57,124 nt of DNA from Candidatus Omnitrophota bacterium. GTDB taxonomy: Bacteria > Omnitrophota > Omnitrophia > Omnitrophales > Danuiimicrobiaceae. Below are positions 26,903 to 35,448 of this stretch, in pieces. The notes under the pieces were generated by a model. The model was not told the origin of the DNA. It searched no databases and was given only the letters and a program-made list of their open reading frames with translations. The stretch spans positions 1-57,124 of the forward strand of contig JAHFHD010000001.1 in the NCBI GenBank assembly GCA_023247075.1, written 5' to 3'. Within the stretch, counting starts at the first letter, position 1; the number at the start of each line of letters is the position of its first letter. The translations under genes and the position numbers were made by a program.

Positions 26903-27860
26903 AAGAAGTGTCAACTCGCTTGCTTCAATAGTAGGCAGGATTGGACTTTTGCTTGGTGGAACATCAAGCGAGCGCAAAGTCTCCTTGCGGTCTGGAGAGG
27001 CCATTTATCGGGCGCTCACAGGTTTAGGGTTTGATGTGGTCAAGCTTGATCCGGCTAGGAAAGGATTTGAACAATTAATTAGGCGCGCTGGAATCAAGGT
27101 AGCCTTTATTGCGCTTCATGGGTCTGGGGGCGAAGATGGAACCGTGCAAAGTGTTTTGGAACGTTTAAGGATTCCATTTACGGGTTCGGGTGCGTGGGCA
27201 AGCGCCCTTGCATTTGACAAGCATCGCTCGAAAAAATACTTTCAGCAGTTTCAAATTCAAACGCCTCGGTATTCAATCATCACTAGGCGGAACTGGAAGT
27301 CAGTTATGCGTGAGTGGGCTTTTCCACTCATTGTAAAGCCGTTGCAGGAAGGATCAAGCATCGGTGTGCGAATGATTAAAACTGAAAAGGAAAAGCAACG
27401 AATTATTCCATTCTTATTAAAACAGTATTCGCAATTAATTGTGGAAGAATTTATTTGCGGCCGTGAATTTTCAGTCCCCATCCTAGATGGAGAAGCGCTT
27501 CCTGTAATTGAGATTAAATCCAAGCGAGCGTTCTATGATTACAAAGCCAAATACACGCGAGGACTTACGGATTATTTTGTTCCTGCGCCTATTCCAAAGA
27601 AAGTTGCTCGGAAATTACAGGCAACAGTAAAAAAGGCGTATGCCTGCATGGGATTACGCGATTTGGCACGAGGTGATATGATGATGAATCAGGATGGGAA
27701 CGCCTATTTGCTTGAAATGAATTCAATCCCCGGTTTTACCGAAACTAGTTTGTTGCCGAAAGCCGCGCAAAAAATTGGAATTGAATTTTCAGAATTGTGC
27801 ACTCGTCTTCTTCAAATGGCTTCACGGCGTATGGAATCACAACACATCGACAGTAGATAA
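26892..27860 (+). CDS. ddl: D-alanine--D-alanine ligase
   Basis: Motifs are GLLLGGTSSEREVSLRSG, FIALHGSGGEDGTVQ, IVKPLQEGSSIGV and LEMNSIPGFT. The exact (TTG) start is uncertain. Confidence 0.92.
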   Translation: MKSKRSVNSLASIVGRIGLLLGGTSSERKVSLRSGEAIYRALTGLGFDVVKLDPARKGFEQLIRRAGIKVAFIALHGSGGEDGTVQSVLERLRIPFTGSGAWASALAFDKHRSKKYFQQFQIQTPRYSIITRRNWKSVMREWAFPLIVKPLQEGSSIGVRMIKTEKEKQRIIPFLLKQYSQLIVEEFICGREFSVPILDGEALPVIEIKSKRAFYDYKAKYTRGLTDYFVPAPIPKKVARKLQATVKKAYACMGLRDLARGDMMMNQDGNAYLLEMNSIPGFTETSLLPKAAQKIGIEFSELCTRLLQMASRRMESQHIDSR

Positions 27861-27865
27861 ACCAA

Positions 27866-28669
27866 ATGACTGCGCGGCATGGATTAAAAAAATTGTGGTT
27901 GAAACGCTTCATCAATCTCTCACTCAATTTTGTCCGTATTGCACTTCGGATGATTCCAATCGCTGCATTTTTTGGAGTGATTGTGTTCTTCGGAGATGGT
28001 GTCAAAACCATGCTTTATGCAGACCCTTACTTTAATGTTTCGCGTGTGACTATTTTTCCATTTGGTGTTCTGACTCCAAGTGAGCTGAAATTTCTTCAAG
28101 CGGAAGTGATGACGAAGAATGTCTTCCAAGTAGAACTCCCGCGTGTTGCAAATGTTCTGATGAAAAATCCAAGGATTGGTAACGCCGAGGTTGACCGCAG
28201 TTTTCCGGGAGAAGTTCATATTTGGCTCCAGGTTCGCGAGCTCTTGGTCCAAGTTCAACTTAAAAAGCAGGGTCGCTTTTATGTGATTGGAAAAGATCAA
28301 TTTGTGATTGAGGAGGCAGCCGTCCCGTATGCCGCGTTACTCACTTTGGAAGATTATGAATCAAAAAATAAATCGCTAACTCTGGGCACGCTTTATGAAA
28401 ACAAAGATTTTCAGCAATTGGCACTTTTGATTGAGTCCATCCGGAAGGAAGAGGTTTTAGAAGCGGAGACGGTAACACGCATTGCGCTAGACCGGCTCGA
28501 CAATTGGACTTTAATTTTAAATGACGGGATTTCAATTAAACTTGGCAAGGAGCCGTTTCTCAATCAAAATAAGCGCGCCATCATTAAATCAATTTTGCGT
28601 TCTAGTGAGCGGAAAGATCTTTTGTACATTGACGCTCGGTATGAAGACATTATTATTAAGAAAAAATAA
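27866..28669 (+). CDS. ftsQ: Cell division protein FtsQ (POTRA domain)
   Basis: A single N-terminal TM helix (IPIAAFFGVIVFFG) is followed by a POTRA-like segment (YFNVSRVTIFPFGVLTPSELKFL). It lies between ddl and ftsA. Confidence 0.7.
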   Translation: MTARHGLKKLWLKRFINLSLNFVRIALRMIPIAAFFGVIVFFGDGVKTMLYADPYFNVSRVTIFPFGVLTPSELKFLQAEVMTKNVFQVELPRVANVLMKNPRIGNAEVDRSFPGEVHIWLQVRELLVQVQLKKQGRFYVIGKDQFVIEEAAVPYAALLTLEDYESKNKSLTLGTLYENKDFQQLALLIESIRKEEVLEAETVTRIALDRLDNWTLILNDGISIKLGKEPFLNQNKRAIIKSILRSSERKDLLYIDARYEDIIIKKK

Positions 28670-28674
28670 AGCGG

Positions 28675-29922
28675 GTGAAGTCATTCATGGGACATAAAAA
28701 AATAAACTATTTGGTGTACATCGGAACAACCAAAATTGCTCTTTTTGAAATCAAACATGGTGCTGGCAAGCCAGCCATCATCGAGCGTGTTAAGTGCCTT
28801 CCTGCTCACGGGTTTAAGTCAGGCATTGTTTTTGATTTGAAAAAAGCCACAAAAACATTAGCGGCTTTAGCTAGTGAAGTAAATCGCTCCCGCTCGTCTG
28901 GAATCATTTCATGCCGTGTGGTAGTTTCCTGTGCCCAGCTTAAAGAATATATTTTTCAAAGCTCAGTTTATTTTCAGGGCAACCCGCATCCCATTACCAT
29001 GAAAGATGTTCGTGAGGTGATTGCCCAGACACGGAGCGTTGCTACCATTCCTTTACGAGATGTGATTGTTCAACCGGTGGTCCAGGAATTTTTGGTGAAT
29101 GATCTTTCCGGTGTTCAAAATCCAATTGGACTTGAAGCCACGCGGCTGGGTGTCACGCTTAGACTGCTCACGCTTGATTATTTGGATTATGCCAATCTCG
29201 TTAAAATTTTTGAACGCTGTGAAATGGAAGTAATGGATGTGATTCCCGGTGTTCTTGCGGCTGCTCATGCGGTACTGACACAGGATGAACGACAGAGCGG
29301 AGTAATTTTAGTGGTAGTCGGAGGCGAGGCAACTCATTTTGTTTGTTACAAAAATTGTGTCTTACTTAAAACACGGTCTTTACCCATTGGTTCAGATGTG
29401 ATTACAGCGGGCTTGGAGCGAAAGTTGAATGTTGACCATGAAGACGCGAAGCGCTTGAAAGAAGTGTTTGGCGCTGCATACCGGAAGGTGGAGTTTCAGG
29501 ATGAATTGATTCCAATACCAGCCGCAGATGGCACGGTCAAAAAACACATTCGAAGAACGGATTTTGAAGAGCATTTAGAAGAAGGCCTCCAATATTTTTT
29601 TTCGGTTCTGGAAGAAGAAATCGAACAACTTCGCAGCGAATTTTCTCCCCTTAATCAAGTGGTACTCACAGGGGGAGGAATTAAATTGGATGGATTTCTA
29701 GACCGCCTAAAAGAGAAGATTTCATCCCAATTTCGCTTGGGAACACCGCATACCTACGCCGGTCCTCAAGAATTTGTTCATGACCCCATGTATGCGGCAG
29801 CGGTTGGCGGGGTTGATTTTTCAGGAGAAGTACGCGATGAAGACTTGCCCAGCACAAAATCACCTCATTGGCTTACTCAAGCAGTGGGGTCAGTGCGCGA
29901 GTGGGTTTATGAATACTTTTAA
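28675..29922 (+). CDS. ftsA: Cell division protein FtsA (actin-like ATPase)
   Basis: Actin-fold phosphate motifs are VYIGTTKIALFE, VVVGGEATHF and LTGGGIKLDGF. It follows ftsQ. Confidence 0.85.
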   Translation: MKSFMGHKKINYLVYIGTTKIALFEIKHGAGKPAIIERVKCLPAHGFKSGIVFDLKKATKTLAALASEVNRSRSSGIISCRVVVSCAQLKEYIFQSSVYFQGNPHPITMKDVREVIAQTRSVATIPLRDVIVQPVVQEFLVNDLSGVQNPIGLEATRLGVTLRLLTLDYLDYANLVKIFERCEMEVMDVIPGVLAAAHAVLTQDERQSGVILVVVGGEATHFVCYKNCVLLKTRSLPIGSDVITAGLERKLNVDHEDAKRLKEVFGAAYRKVEFQDELIPIPAADGTVKKHIRRTDFEEHLEEGLQYFFSVLEEEIEQLRSEFSPLNQVVLTGGGIKLDGFLDRLKEKISSQFRLGTPHTYAGPQEFVHDPMYAAAVGGVDFSGEVRDEDLPSTKSPHWLTQAVGSVREWVYEYF

Positions 29923-29966
29923 TTTTCCGCCAATTTTACATCATCTTATATGGAGGTCTTAACGAA

Positions 29967-30716
29967 ATGAAAATACAGCAAAATCTAAATCGAATTGAGA
30001 TTACACAGCATCCCGAATGGGCGCAAGGATTTTGGGACAGCCTTGTTTTATTTAAAGACCAGGTTGTGCATCACATTTTTTTTGAAGAGTTAAAGGATGG
30101 AACCTTGTCTCTTGGGCGAGCCAGGAAAGGGCTCATCGATTTTTATCCTTTGGTTGAAAATTTTCCAAAATATATGGCACTCAATCTTGCCAAAGCTGAG
30201 TCGCGAACGGATGACGCGCATCGAAAAGCAAAACACTGGATCATGCAGAATATGCGGGTCGAACAAAAACATGCTGATTGGTGGTGCGATTGGGCGGAAT
30301 GTATTGGCCTGAGCCGGGAAATTTTGGACCAGGCGCAGCCAAGCGCTTTGATGGATGCAATTAATTATTATTTGTGGGCGGTGAATACACGCGGAACACT
30401 TGTGGAAGGCATTGCAGCAACCAATCTCGCGGTTGAATGGGCAACGGGCGAGTGGACTCAGCGGATTATTGCTGGTGTTGAGTCGTATGCCGCACGCGGT
30501 CTTGCAGTCATTAACGAAAAAACAATGTCCTGGCTCAAAGCGCACGCGTCTTATGATGACCTTCATCCATATGAGGCGATGGAATTAATTAAAATGCTTG
30601 CCCGCACAGAAGAAGATCAAGCAAAGGCTTTCATCGCAGCAAGGCGAGCGATGGAATATTACATGATTGCGCTAAACGATTGTTATGGAACGCAGGAGAG
30701 TTCGCTTGGGAATTGA
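29967..30716 (+). CDS. Heme-oxygenase-fold TenA/PqqC/CADD-like (putative di-iron) protein
   Basis: The protein looks all-helical. FYPLVENFPKYMALNL, an E-x-x-H pair (RVEQKHADWW) and a C-terminal HASYDDLHPYEA resemble the PqqC/CADD family pattern. Confidence 0.6.
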   Translation: MKIQQNLNRIEITQHPEWAQGFWDSLVLFKDQVVHHIFFEELKDGTLSLGRARKGLIDFYPLVENFPKYMALNLAKAESRTDDAHRKAKHWIMQNMRVEQKHADWWCDWAECIGLSREILDQAQPSALMDAINYYLWAVNTRGTLVEGIAATNLAVEWATGEWTQRIIAGVESYAARGLAVINEKTMSWLKAHASYDDLHPYEAMELIKMLARTEEDQAKAFIAARRAMEYYMIALNDCYGTQESSLGN

Positions 30717-31308
30717 CGCTGAAATTTCAAATGCTCCGCTTGAACTTCGAGATCCCTGCATTTGGATTGATCTTGAAATGACAGGACTTGACCCAAAGAA
30801 GGACAAAATCCTTGAAATTGCAACGCTCGTGACCGACGGTCAGCTTGAAGTTTTGGTTGAGGGGCCGAGTTTCGTGATTTACCAGCCGCCGCAAGTTGTG
30901 GAGCAAATGGAAGAGTGGAGTAGGAAGCAGCATGCAAAAACCGGTTTGACTGCTGAGGTCAAGCAGTCAACAGTGACGATTGAACAGGCAGAAGAGCTTA
31001 CGTTTCAATTTATTCAAAAGTACTGCAAACCCAAAACAGCGCCGCTTTGCGGAAATGCAGTTCATCATGACAGGCGATTCCTGATTGAGTACATGCCCAA
31101 AATTCATGATTTTCTTCATTACCGTCATATCGATGTAAGCACCATTAAAAGTCTTGTCAAGCGATGGTACCCAGATGACAAGAGTTTGCCTAAAAAAGGA
31201 GACCGGCATCGGGCGCTTGATGACATTCGGGAATCAATTCAAGAATTGAAATATTACCGGGAAAAATACTTCAAATCGGTCGAATTGGTTGTTGCGCAGA
31301 AATCATAA
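30685..31308 (+). CDS. orn: Oligoribonuclease (DEDDh 3'-5' exonuclease)
   Basis: Motifs are IWIDLEMTGLDPKKDKILEIATLVTD, GNAVHHDRRFL and DRHRALDDIRESIQELKYYR. The true start is probably downstream of 30685, possibly a TTG. Confidence 0.9.
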   Translation: MERRRVRLGIDAEISNAPLELRDPCIWIDLEMTGLDPKKDKILEIATLVTDGQLEVLVEGPSFVIYQPPQVVEQMEEWSRKQHAKTGLTAEVKQSTVTIEQAEELTFQFIQKYCKPKTAPLCGNAVHHDRRFLIEYMPKIHDFLHYRHIDVSTIKSLVKRWYPDDKSLPKKGDRHRALDDIRESIQELKYYREKYFKSVELVVAQKS

Positions 31309-31314
31309 AGCCAG

Positions 31315-31905
31315 ATGAAAAAAGAAAGTATTTGTTATTTTCTCGCCCTCATTTGTTTGGTGACTGGATGCACCCATACAATCAAGAACTCTCTTTGGAT
31401 TCCTTCAAAATCAGTCTCAACGTCTGGATTTGACCTTGTCCTTGACGCAGTTCCAAGGCAAGTGAGTTCGATTGACTATGAGTCTTTTTCCGATGCAATT
31501 GACGGAGACGCAAAACAACTCAGTGATTTGAAAGCAATCGTGGCATTTCATGTGCTGCATGTGTACAAGGGAATGAATCTGACGCACAAATCAACAGGCT
31601 CAGAACCTCAAGGCCGGACGTTAAACCAAATCATCCAATCGACAATGAATTTAGAACTACTTCAAAAGTTTAAGAAAAAGAATGTTCGAGTGGATGAGGG
31701 AGATTTGACAAGCCGATGGTTTCGAATCGGCGTGATTGACCCGATGATGTCATTTGGCATTGAGTCATGGGAACAGGTTAAGCCCACTCCATACCGCCTT
31801 TACTTTGTAAAATACCAAGGTCAAAAAGACACTTTTATGCTGGCCAAAAAAGAAAAACTCAAGCGAGAAGTAAAGAACTTAAGTGAGAAAGCTGACGCAT
31901 CTTGA
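31315..31905 (+). CDS. Lipoprotein, hypothetical
   Basis: It has a signal peptide with a lipobox (LALICLVTGC). No family was recognised. Confidence 0.5.
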   Translation: MKKESICYFLALICLVTGCTHTIKNSLWIPSKSVSTSGFDLVLDAVPRQVSSIDYESFSDAIDGDAKQLSDLKAIVAFHVLHVYKGMNLTHKSTGSEPQGRTLNQIIQSTMNLELLQKFKKKNVRVDEGDLTSRWFRIGVIDPMMSFGIESWEQVKPTPYRLYFVKYQGQKDTFMLAKKEKLKREVKNLSEKADAS

Positions 31906-32431
31906 ACTCTTGAGCCGCCAAGACACGCAACCCAAGCGCCGTTTGCCTTTTTGTGTTGTTCTAAACAATGTCCGAAGCCTTTACAATGTGGGCTCAATTT
32001 TTAGAACAGCAGATGGAGTGGGGCTCGAAAAAATTTGGTTGTGTGGAATTACTGGTTACCCTCCTGAATCAAAAATTTCAAAAACGGCTCTAGGAGCCGA
32101 AAAAGAAGTTCCCTGGGAATATGTTGCAAGCAGCAAAGCGTGCGTGTCGCGACTCAGAGCGCAAGGATATCAGGTGGTCTTTCTGGAGCAGATGGAAGGG
32201 AGTGCTTCATACCAAGATTTTATCCCCAAATCTCCAGTTTGCCTTGTTTTGGGAAATGAATTGTGGGGAGTAGGCGAAGGATTACTTCCACATGGTGATG
32301 TTGCTATTGAGATTACGATGGCTGGGCTCAAGAATTCACTCAATGTAACCGTTGCTTTTGGTATTATTGCTTACCACATCAGAAATCAGATGGTTGCAAG
32401 CGCAGCTTGGCAAGCAAAAAGTTGTTCGTAA
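31883..32431 (+). CDS. SpoU/TrmH-family RNA 2'-O-methyltransferase
   Basis: Motifs are NVGSIFRTADG, LVLGNELWGV and IEITMAGLKNSLNVTVAFGI. The start is a GTG. Confidence 0.82.
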   Translation: MRKLTHLELLSRQDTQPKRRLPFCVVLNNVRSLYNVGSIFRTADGVGLEKIWLCGITGYPPESKISKTALGAEKEVPWEYVASSKACVSRLRAQGYQVVFLEQMEGSASYQDFIPKSPVCLVLGNELWGVGEGLLPHGDVAIEITMAGLKNSLNVTVAFGIIAYHIRNQMVASAAWQAKSCS

Positions 32432-32522
32432 ATGTAACTTTTTTAGTTTTACCTTAAATTTTACGTTTCAAATCAAAATTTCCCCTCGAGTTTTTGTGTT
32501 GAATGCATTCACTTAAGGTTCA

Positions 32523-32551
32523 TTGACTTTGTAAAAGCCTTTCAGTAAAAT
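32523..32551 (+). promoter_or_regulatory. Sigma70-type promoter candidate for batD
   Basis: TTGACT (32523-32528), a 17-nt spacer and TAAAAT (32546-32551) lie 44 nt upstream of the ATG at 32595. Confidence 0.5.
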
Positions 32552-32594
32552 TTACAGTCATTTAAGACCGTAAAGGAAAAGCTAAGTTGTTCTC

Positions 32595-34637
32595 ATGAAA
32601 AGGCTTGCACTTTTTTTGCCAAATCAAATTCGAATACCAAAGCTGCTTTTATTGGCAGCCATATTGACCTTTGCGTCGAGCGACACCTTATTTATGGCGC
32701 ACGCGGTTGAAGAATCACAGCTTTTAGCCCGCCTTGATAAAAATAGGGCGGAGGTTAATGAGGAAATTCATTTGAACATTAAGGTTGAGGGAGTCCAGTC
32801 AGGCATTCAAGCTCCCGTGCTCCCCGCAATTACTGGATTTGACATTTTTTATTCCGGACGGTCATCACGATTTAGTTTCGTTAATGGGCGAAGCGAATCG
32901 CTCACAGAATTTAATTATGTATTAATTCCAAAAAATGCAGGAAAATATGTAATCGAGCCGATTGAAGTAAAATGGAACGGCGAGACGCATCGGACAGAAC
33001 CACTCTCAATTGAAATTTTAGCTTCCAATCAACTTTCTAATCAACCGATGCCGCAAAGCGCAGGCGCTTGGTCCACGGTCCCTCAGAGACAAGCCTCTCA
33101 AGTGCCGAATCGGGCGTACGGCTCGTCCCCAAATGTACCGCCACAAACAAATTCGCCCACCAGTTTGCCAGAGGGACTTGATGAGAATATTTTTTTACGA
33201 GCTCGGCCAAGTAAACTTTCAGTATTTACTAATGAGCAGCTCATTTTGGACTATGTCATTTTAACTCGTTATGACACGCGTTATGAAGGTTTTGAAGAGG
33301 AACCCCAGACAAGCGGATTTTGGATTGAGGAGTTTCCTCTTGATTACCAGTCTATTGGTAAAGAGAATGAAGTCGTCAATGGAAAGCAATATGTCAAAGC
33401 TGAAATCAAGAAAATTGCGCTCTTTCCAACTGCGCCAGGCCAATATGTAATTCAACCCGGCCGCGTCAAAACATCTGTCCAAATTCAGGAGCGTCAGAAT
33501 TCTATTTTTAACGAATTTTTTAACGACAGTTTTTTTAGCGGTGCGGGCTTGTTTGCCCGGCGCGTGGCGAAAATTTTGACTACACAACCCATTTCAGTTC
33601 AGGTCAAGGCTTTGCCCGAAGTTGGCAAGCCCCAAAGCTTCAAAGGAGCGGTCGGTGAATTTAGGATGTCAACGCAGGTGGACAAGCGAGTGGTCGAACA
33701 AAATGAGGCGGTAACGCTTAAAGTCGTGCTTGAAGGCAGGGGGAATATTGAAACTTTGTCGCTCCCGGCATTGCCTGAGCTTAAGAATACAAAAATTTAT
33801 GAATCAGATTCGAGCAGCCAAATGTACAAAGAAGCGGATGCGATTGCCGGAAATAAAAGCTTTGAGGTCATTTTAATTCCGTCCGAGGTTGGCGAATTCG
33901 TGGTTCCGTCCGTTGAGTTTAGTTTTTTTAATCCACACACAGAACATTATGTCATTCTAAAATCAGATTTGTACAAAATTCAAGTGAAGCCGTCAACTCA
34001 TGTTCAAGCAGCAGGACCTGAAAAATTTGTGAGTGGAATGCCAGTTCCGGAACCAGCAAAAAAATCAGTGCAGGTGGAATCTGAGGACATTTATTTCATC
34101 AAAGAACAGGAAGAGACTTCTTTTATGTCATCCAAGAAGATTTTTTTGGCCATGTTGGGACTGGATGGAATTTTGTCGCTTCTGATTTTAGTTCTTTTTG
34201 GTATGCAACGACGCGAAGATTATTTTGAAACCAATCAACCACTTAAGCGTGCTTTGGCAGCTGGAAAAACAATGCAGAAAGGAATGCAAACGCTTTCACA
34301 TTTAGCCAAGAAAACGTCTGGTAGTGTTTCGGCAGATGAAGCAAATTCTTACTTTAACCGGTGCGCGCGGCTTTTGGATGAATATTTGGGGTCCAAACTT
34401 AATTTGTCTCCACACGGTATGACGCATAGTGATGTGGAATATCGATTACGCGAGTTAGAAGTACCCGATGAAATCATCAGGAAGATTCACGAGTGTTATG
34501 ATGCGTGTGATGAGATTCGTTTTGGACGCACGGCTCGGATTCACGAGAAGCAAGCTGCGATGATTGAGCATTTAAAATTAATTTTCAAATCACTCGAACA
34601 CAATGAGCAGTTAAAGAATAAAGTGTCAAAAAAATGA
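32595..34637 (+). CDS. batD: BatD-family (oxygen-tolerance) protein
   Basis: After a signal sequence come repeated Ig-like BatD segments (LDKNRAEVNEEIHLNIKVEG..., FNYVLIPKNAGKYVIEPIEV, a second copy ALFPTAPGQYVIQP, a third VILIPSEVGEFVVP). A TM helix lies near residue 520. Confidence 0.75.
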   Translation: MKRLALFLPNQIRIPKLLLLAAILTFASSDTLFMAHAVEESQLLARLDKNRAEVNEEIHLNIKVEGVQSGIQAPVLPAITGFDIFYSGRSSRFSFVNGRSESLTEFNYVLIPKNAGKYVIEPIEVKWNGETHRTEPLSIEILASNQLSNQPMPQSAGAWSTVPQRQASQVPNRAYGSSPNVPPQTNSPTSLPEGLDENIFLRARPSKLSVFTNEQLILDYVILTRYDTRYEGFEEEPQTSGFWIEEFPLDYQSIGKENEVVNGKQYVKAEIKKIALFPTAPGQYVIQPGRVKTSVQIQERQNSIFNEFFNDSFFSGAGLFARRVAKILTTQPISVQVKALPEVGKPQSFKGAVGEFRMSTQVDKRVVEQNEAVTLKVVLEGRGNIETLSLPALPELKNTKIYESDSSSQMYKEADAIAGNKSFEVILIPSEVGEFVVPSVEFSFFNPHTEHYVILKSDLYKIQVKPSTHVQAAGPEKFVSGMPVPEPAKKSVQVESEDIYFIKEQEETSFMSSKKIFLAMLGLDGILSLLILVLFGMQRREDYFETNQPLKRALAAGKTMQKGMQTLSHLAKKTSGSVSADEANSYFNRCARLLDEYLGSKLNLSPHGMTHSDVEYRLRELEVPDEIIRKIHECYDACDEIRFGRTARIHEKQAAMIEHLKLIFKSLEHNEQLKNKVSKK

Positions 34638-34680
34638 TGCGACACCAAGAAGTAAATAAGTGAATCGAGGAGGTAAGGTC

Positions 34681-35448
34681 ATGACGCGATTTAGTTGGAA
34701 AAAAGGAATTACAAGCGGCAGCGTGTTTGGAGCGCTCCTTGTTTTGGTGTGCTGGGGTGTGAGTGGTTCAGAAGGTAATTCGTTTCAGGATGCAAATTTA
34801 AAATACCGGGAAGGGAAATTTTCTGAAGCGGTGGAGCTCTATGAGCAAACGCTCAGGCTTCATCCGGTATTTGAAGTTTTTTACAATTTAGGCAATGCTT
34901 ATTTCAAGAACAAGCAGATTGGGAAAGCAATTCTCAACTATGAACGCGCACTAAAATTAAAACCGCGTGACCGGGACATAAGATTTAATTTAAATTTTGT
35001 GAATCGTTTTGTGGAGTATGAAGTTGAGGACAAACGGAATTGGCATTTAAGGTCACTCGCAAGATTTCTGTCACGCTTGACAGGTGAAGAATGTCTGACG
35101 GTTTCACTCATTGGCTATTTTGTGCTTGCTGTCCAGATTTTTGTCGGATTGATTCACAGGAAGCGATTTGTGTTGGGCGCAATGGGGTTCACATTGCTTT
35201 ATGTCACCCTTTCAACGTTTGGACTGGCGGTTGCCAAATACACCCATCTTGGAGCGGGTTCTGAAGCGGTCATTATGAAAAACCAAGCAGAGGTGCGCTA
35301 CGGTCCAGATGAGAATGACCGCCTCGCATTTCGGTTGCCTGAAGGGCTTAAAGTGTTCGTTAAAAAAGAGATGAACGATTGGTACCGCATTGAACTTCTA
35401 AACGGTCAGAGTGGGTGGGCGATGAAGTCGCAGATTTCGGTTGTTTAA
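34681..35448 (+). CDS. batE: BatE-like TPR plus SH3b protein
   Basis: It has TPR repeats (YREGKFSEAVELYEQTL, GNAYFKNKQIGKAILNYERALKLKP), TM helices and a C-terminal SH3b (NDWYRIELLNGQSGWAMKSQI). An AGGAGG lies 8 nt before the ATG at 34681. Confidence 0.7.
   Translation: MTRFSWKKGITSGSVFGALLVLVCWGVSGSEGNSFQDANLKYREGKFSEAVELYEQTLRLHPVFEVFYNLGNAYFKNKQIGKAILNYERALKLKPRDRDIRFNLNFVNRFVEYEVEDKRNWHLRSLARFLSRLTGEECLTVSLIGYFVLAVQIFVGLIHRKRFVLGAMGFTLLYVTLSTFGLAVAKYTHLGAGSEAVIMKNQAEVRYGPDENDRLAFRLPEGLKVFVKKEMNDWYRIELLNGQSGWAMKSQISVV

Noticed and set aside
29923-29966. A hidden or degraded ftsZ after ftsA.
   Set aside because: The gap is only 44 nt, and the next ORF has no tubulin/FtsZ signature. No GGGTG[ST]G motif appears in any translation supplied for the window.
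30090-30566. A 158-aa minus-strand ORF inside the TenA/CADD-like gene. Similar long antisense or alternate-frame ORFs occur at 5308-5778 (-), 36387-36767 (-), 44024-44443 (-), 22819-23181 (+) and 15325-15729 (+).
   Set aside because: Each is fully nested in or opposite a gene with strong family motifs. I saw no family motifs in their translations.
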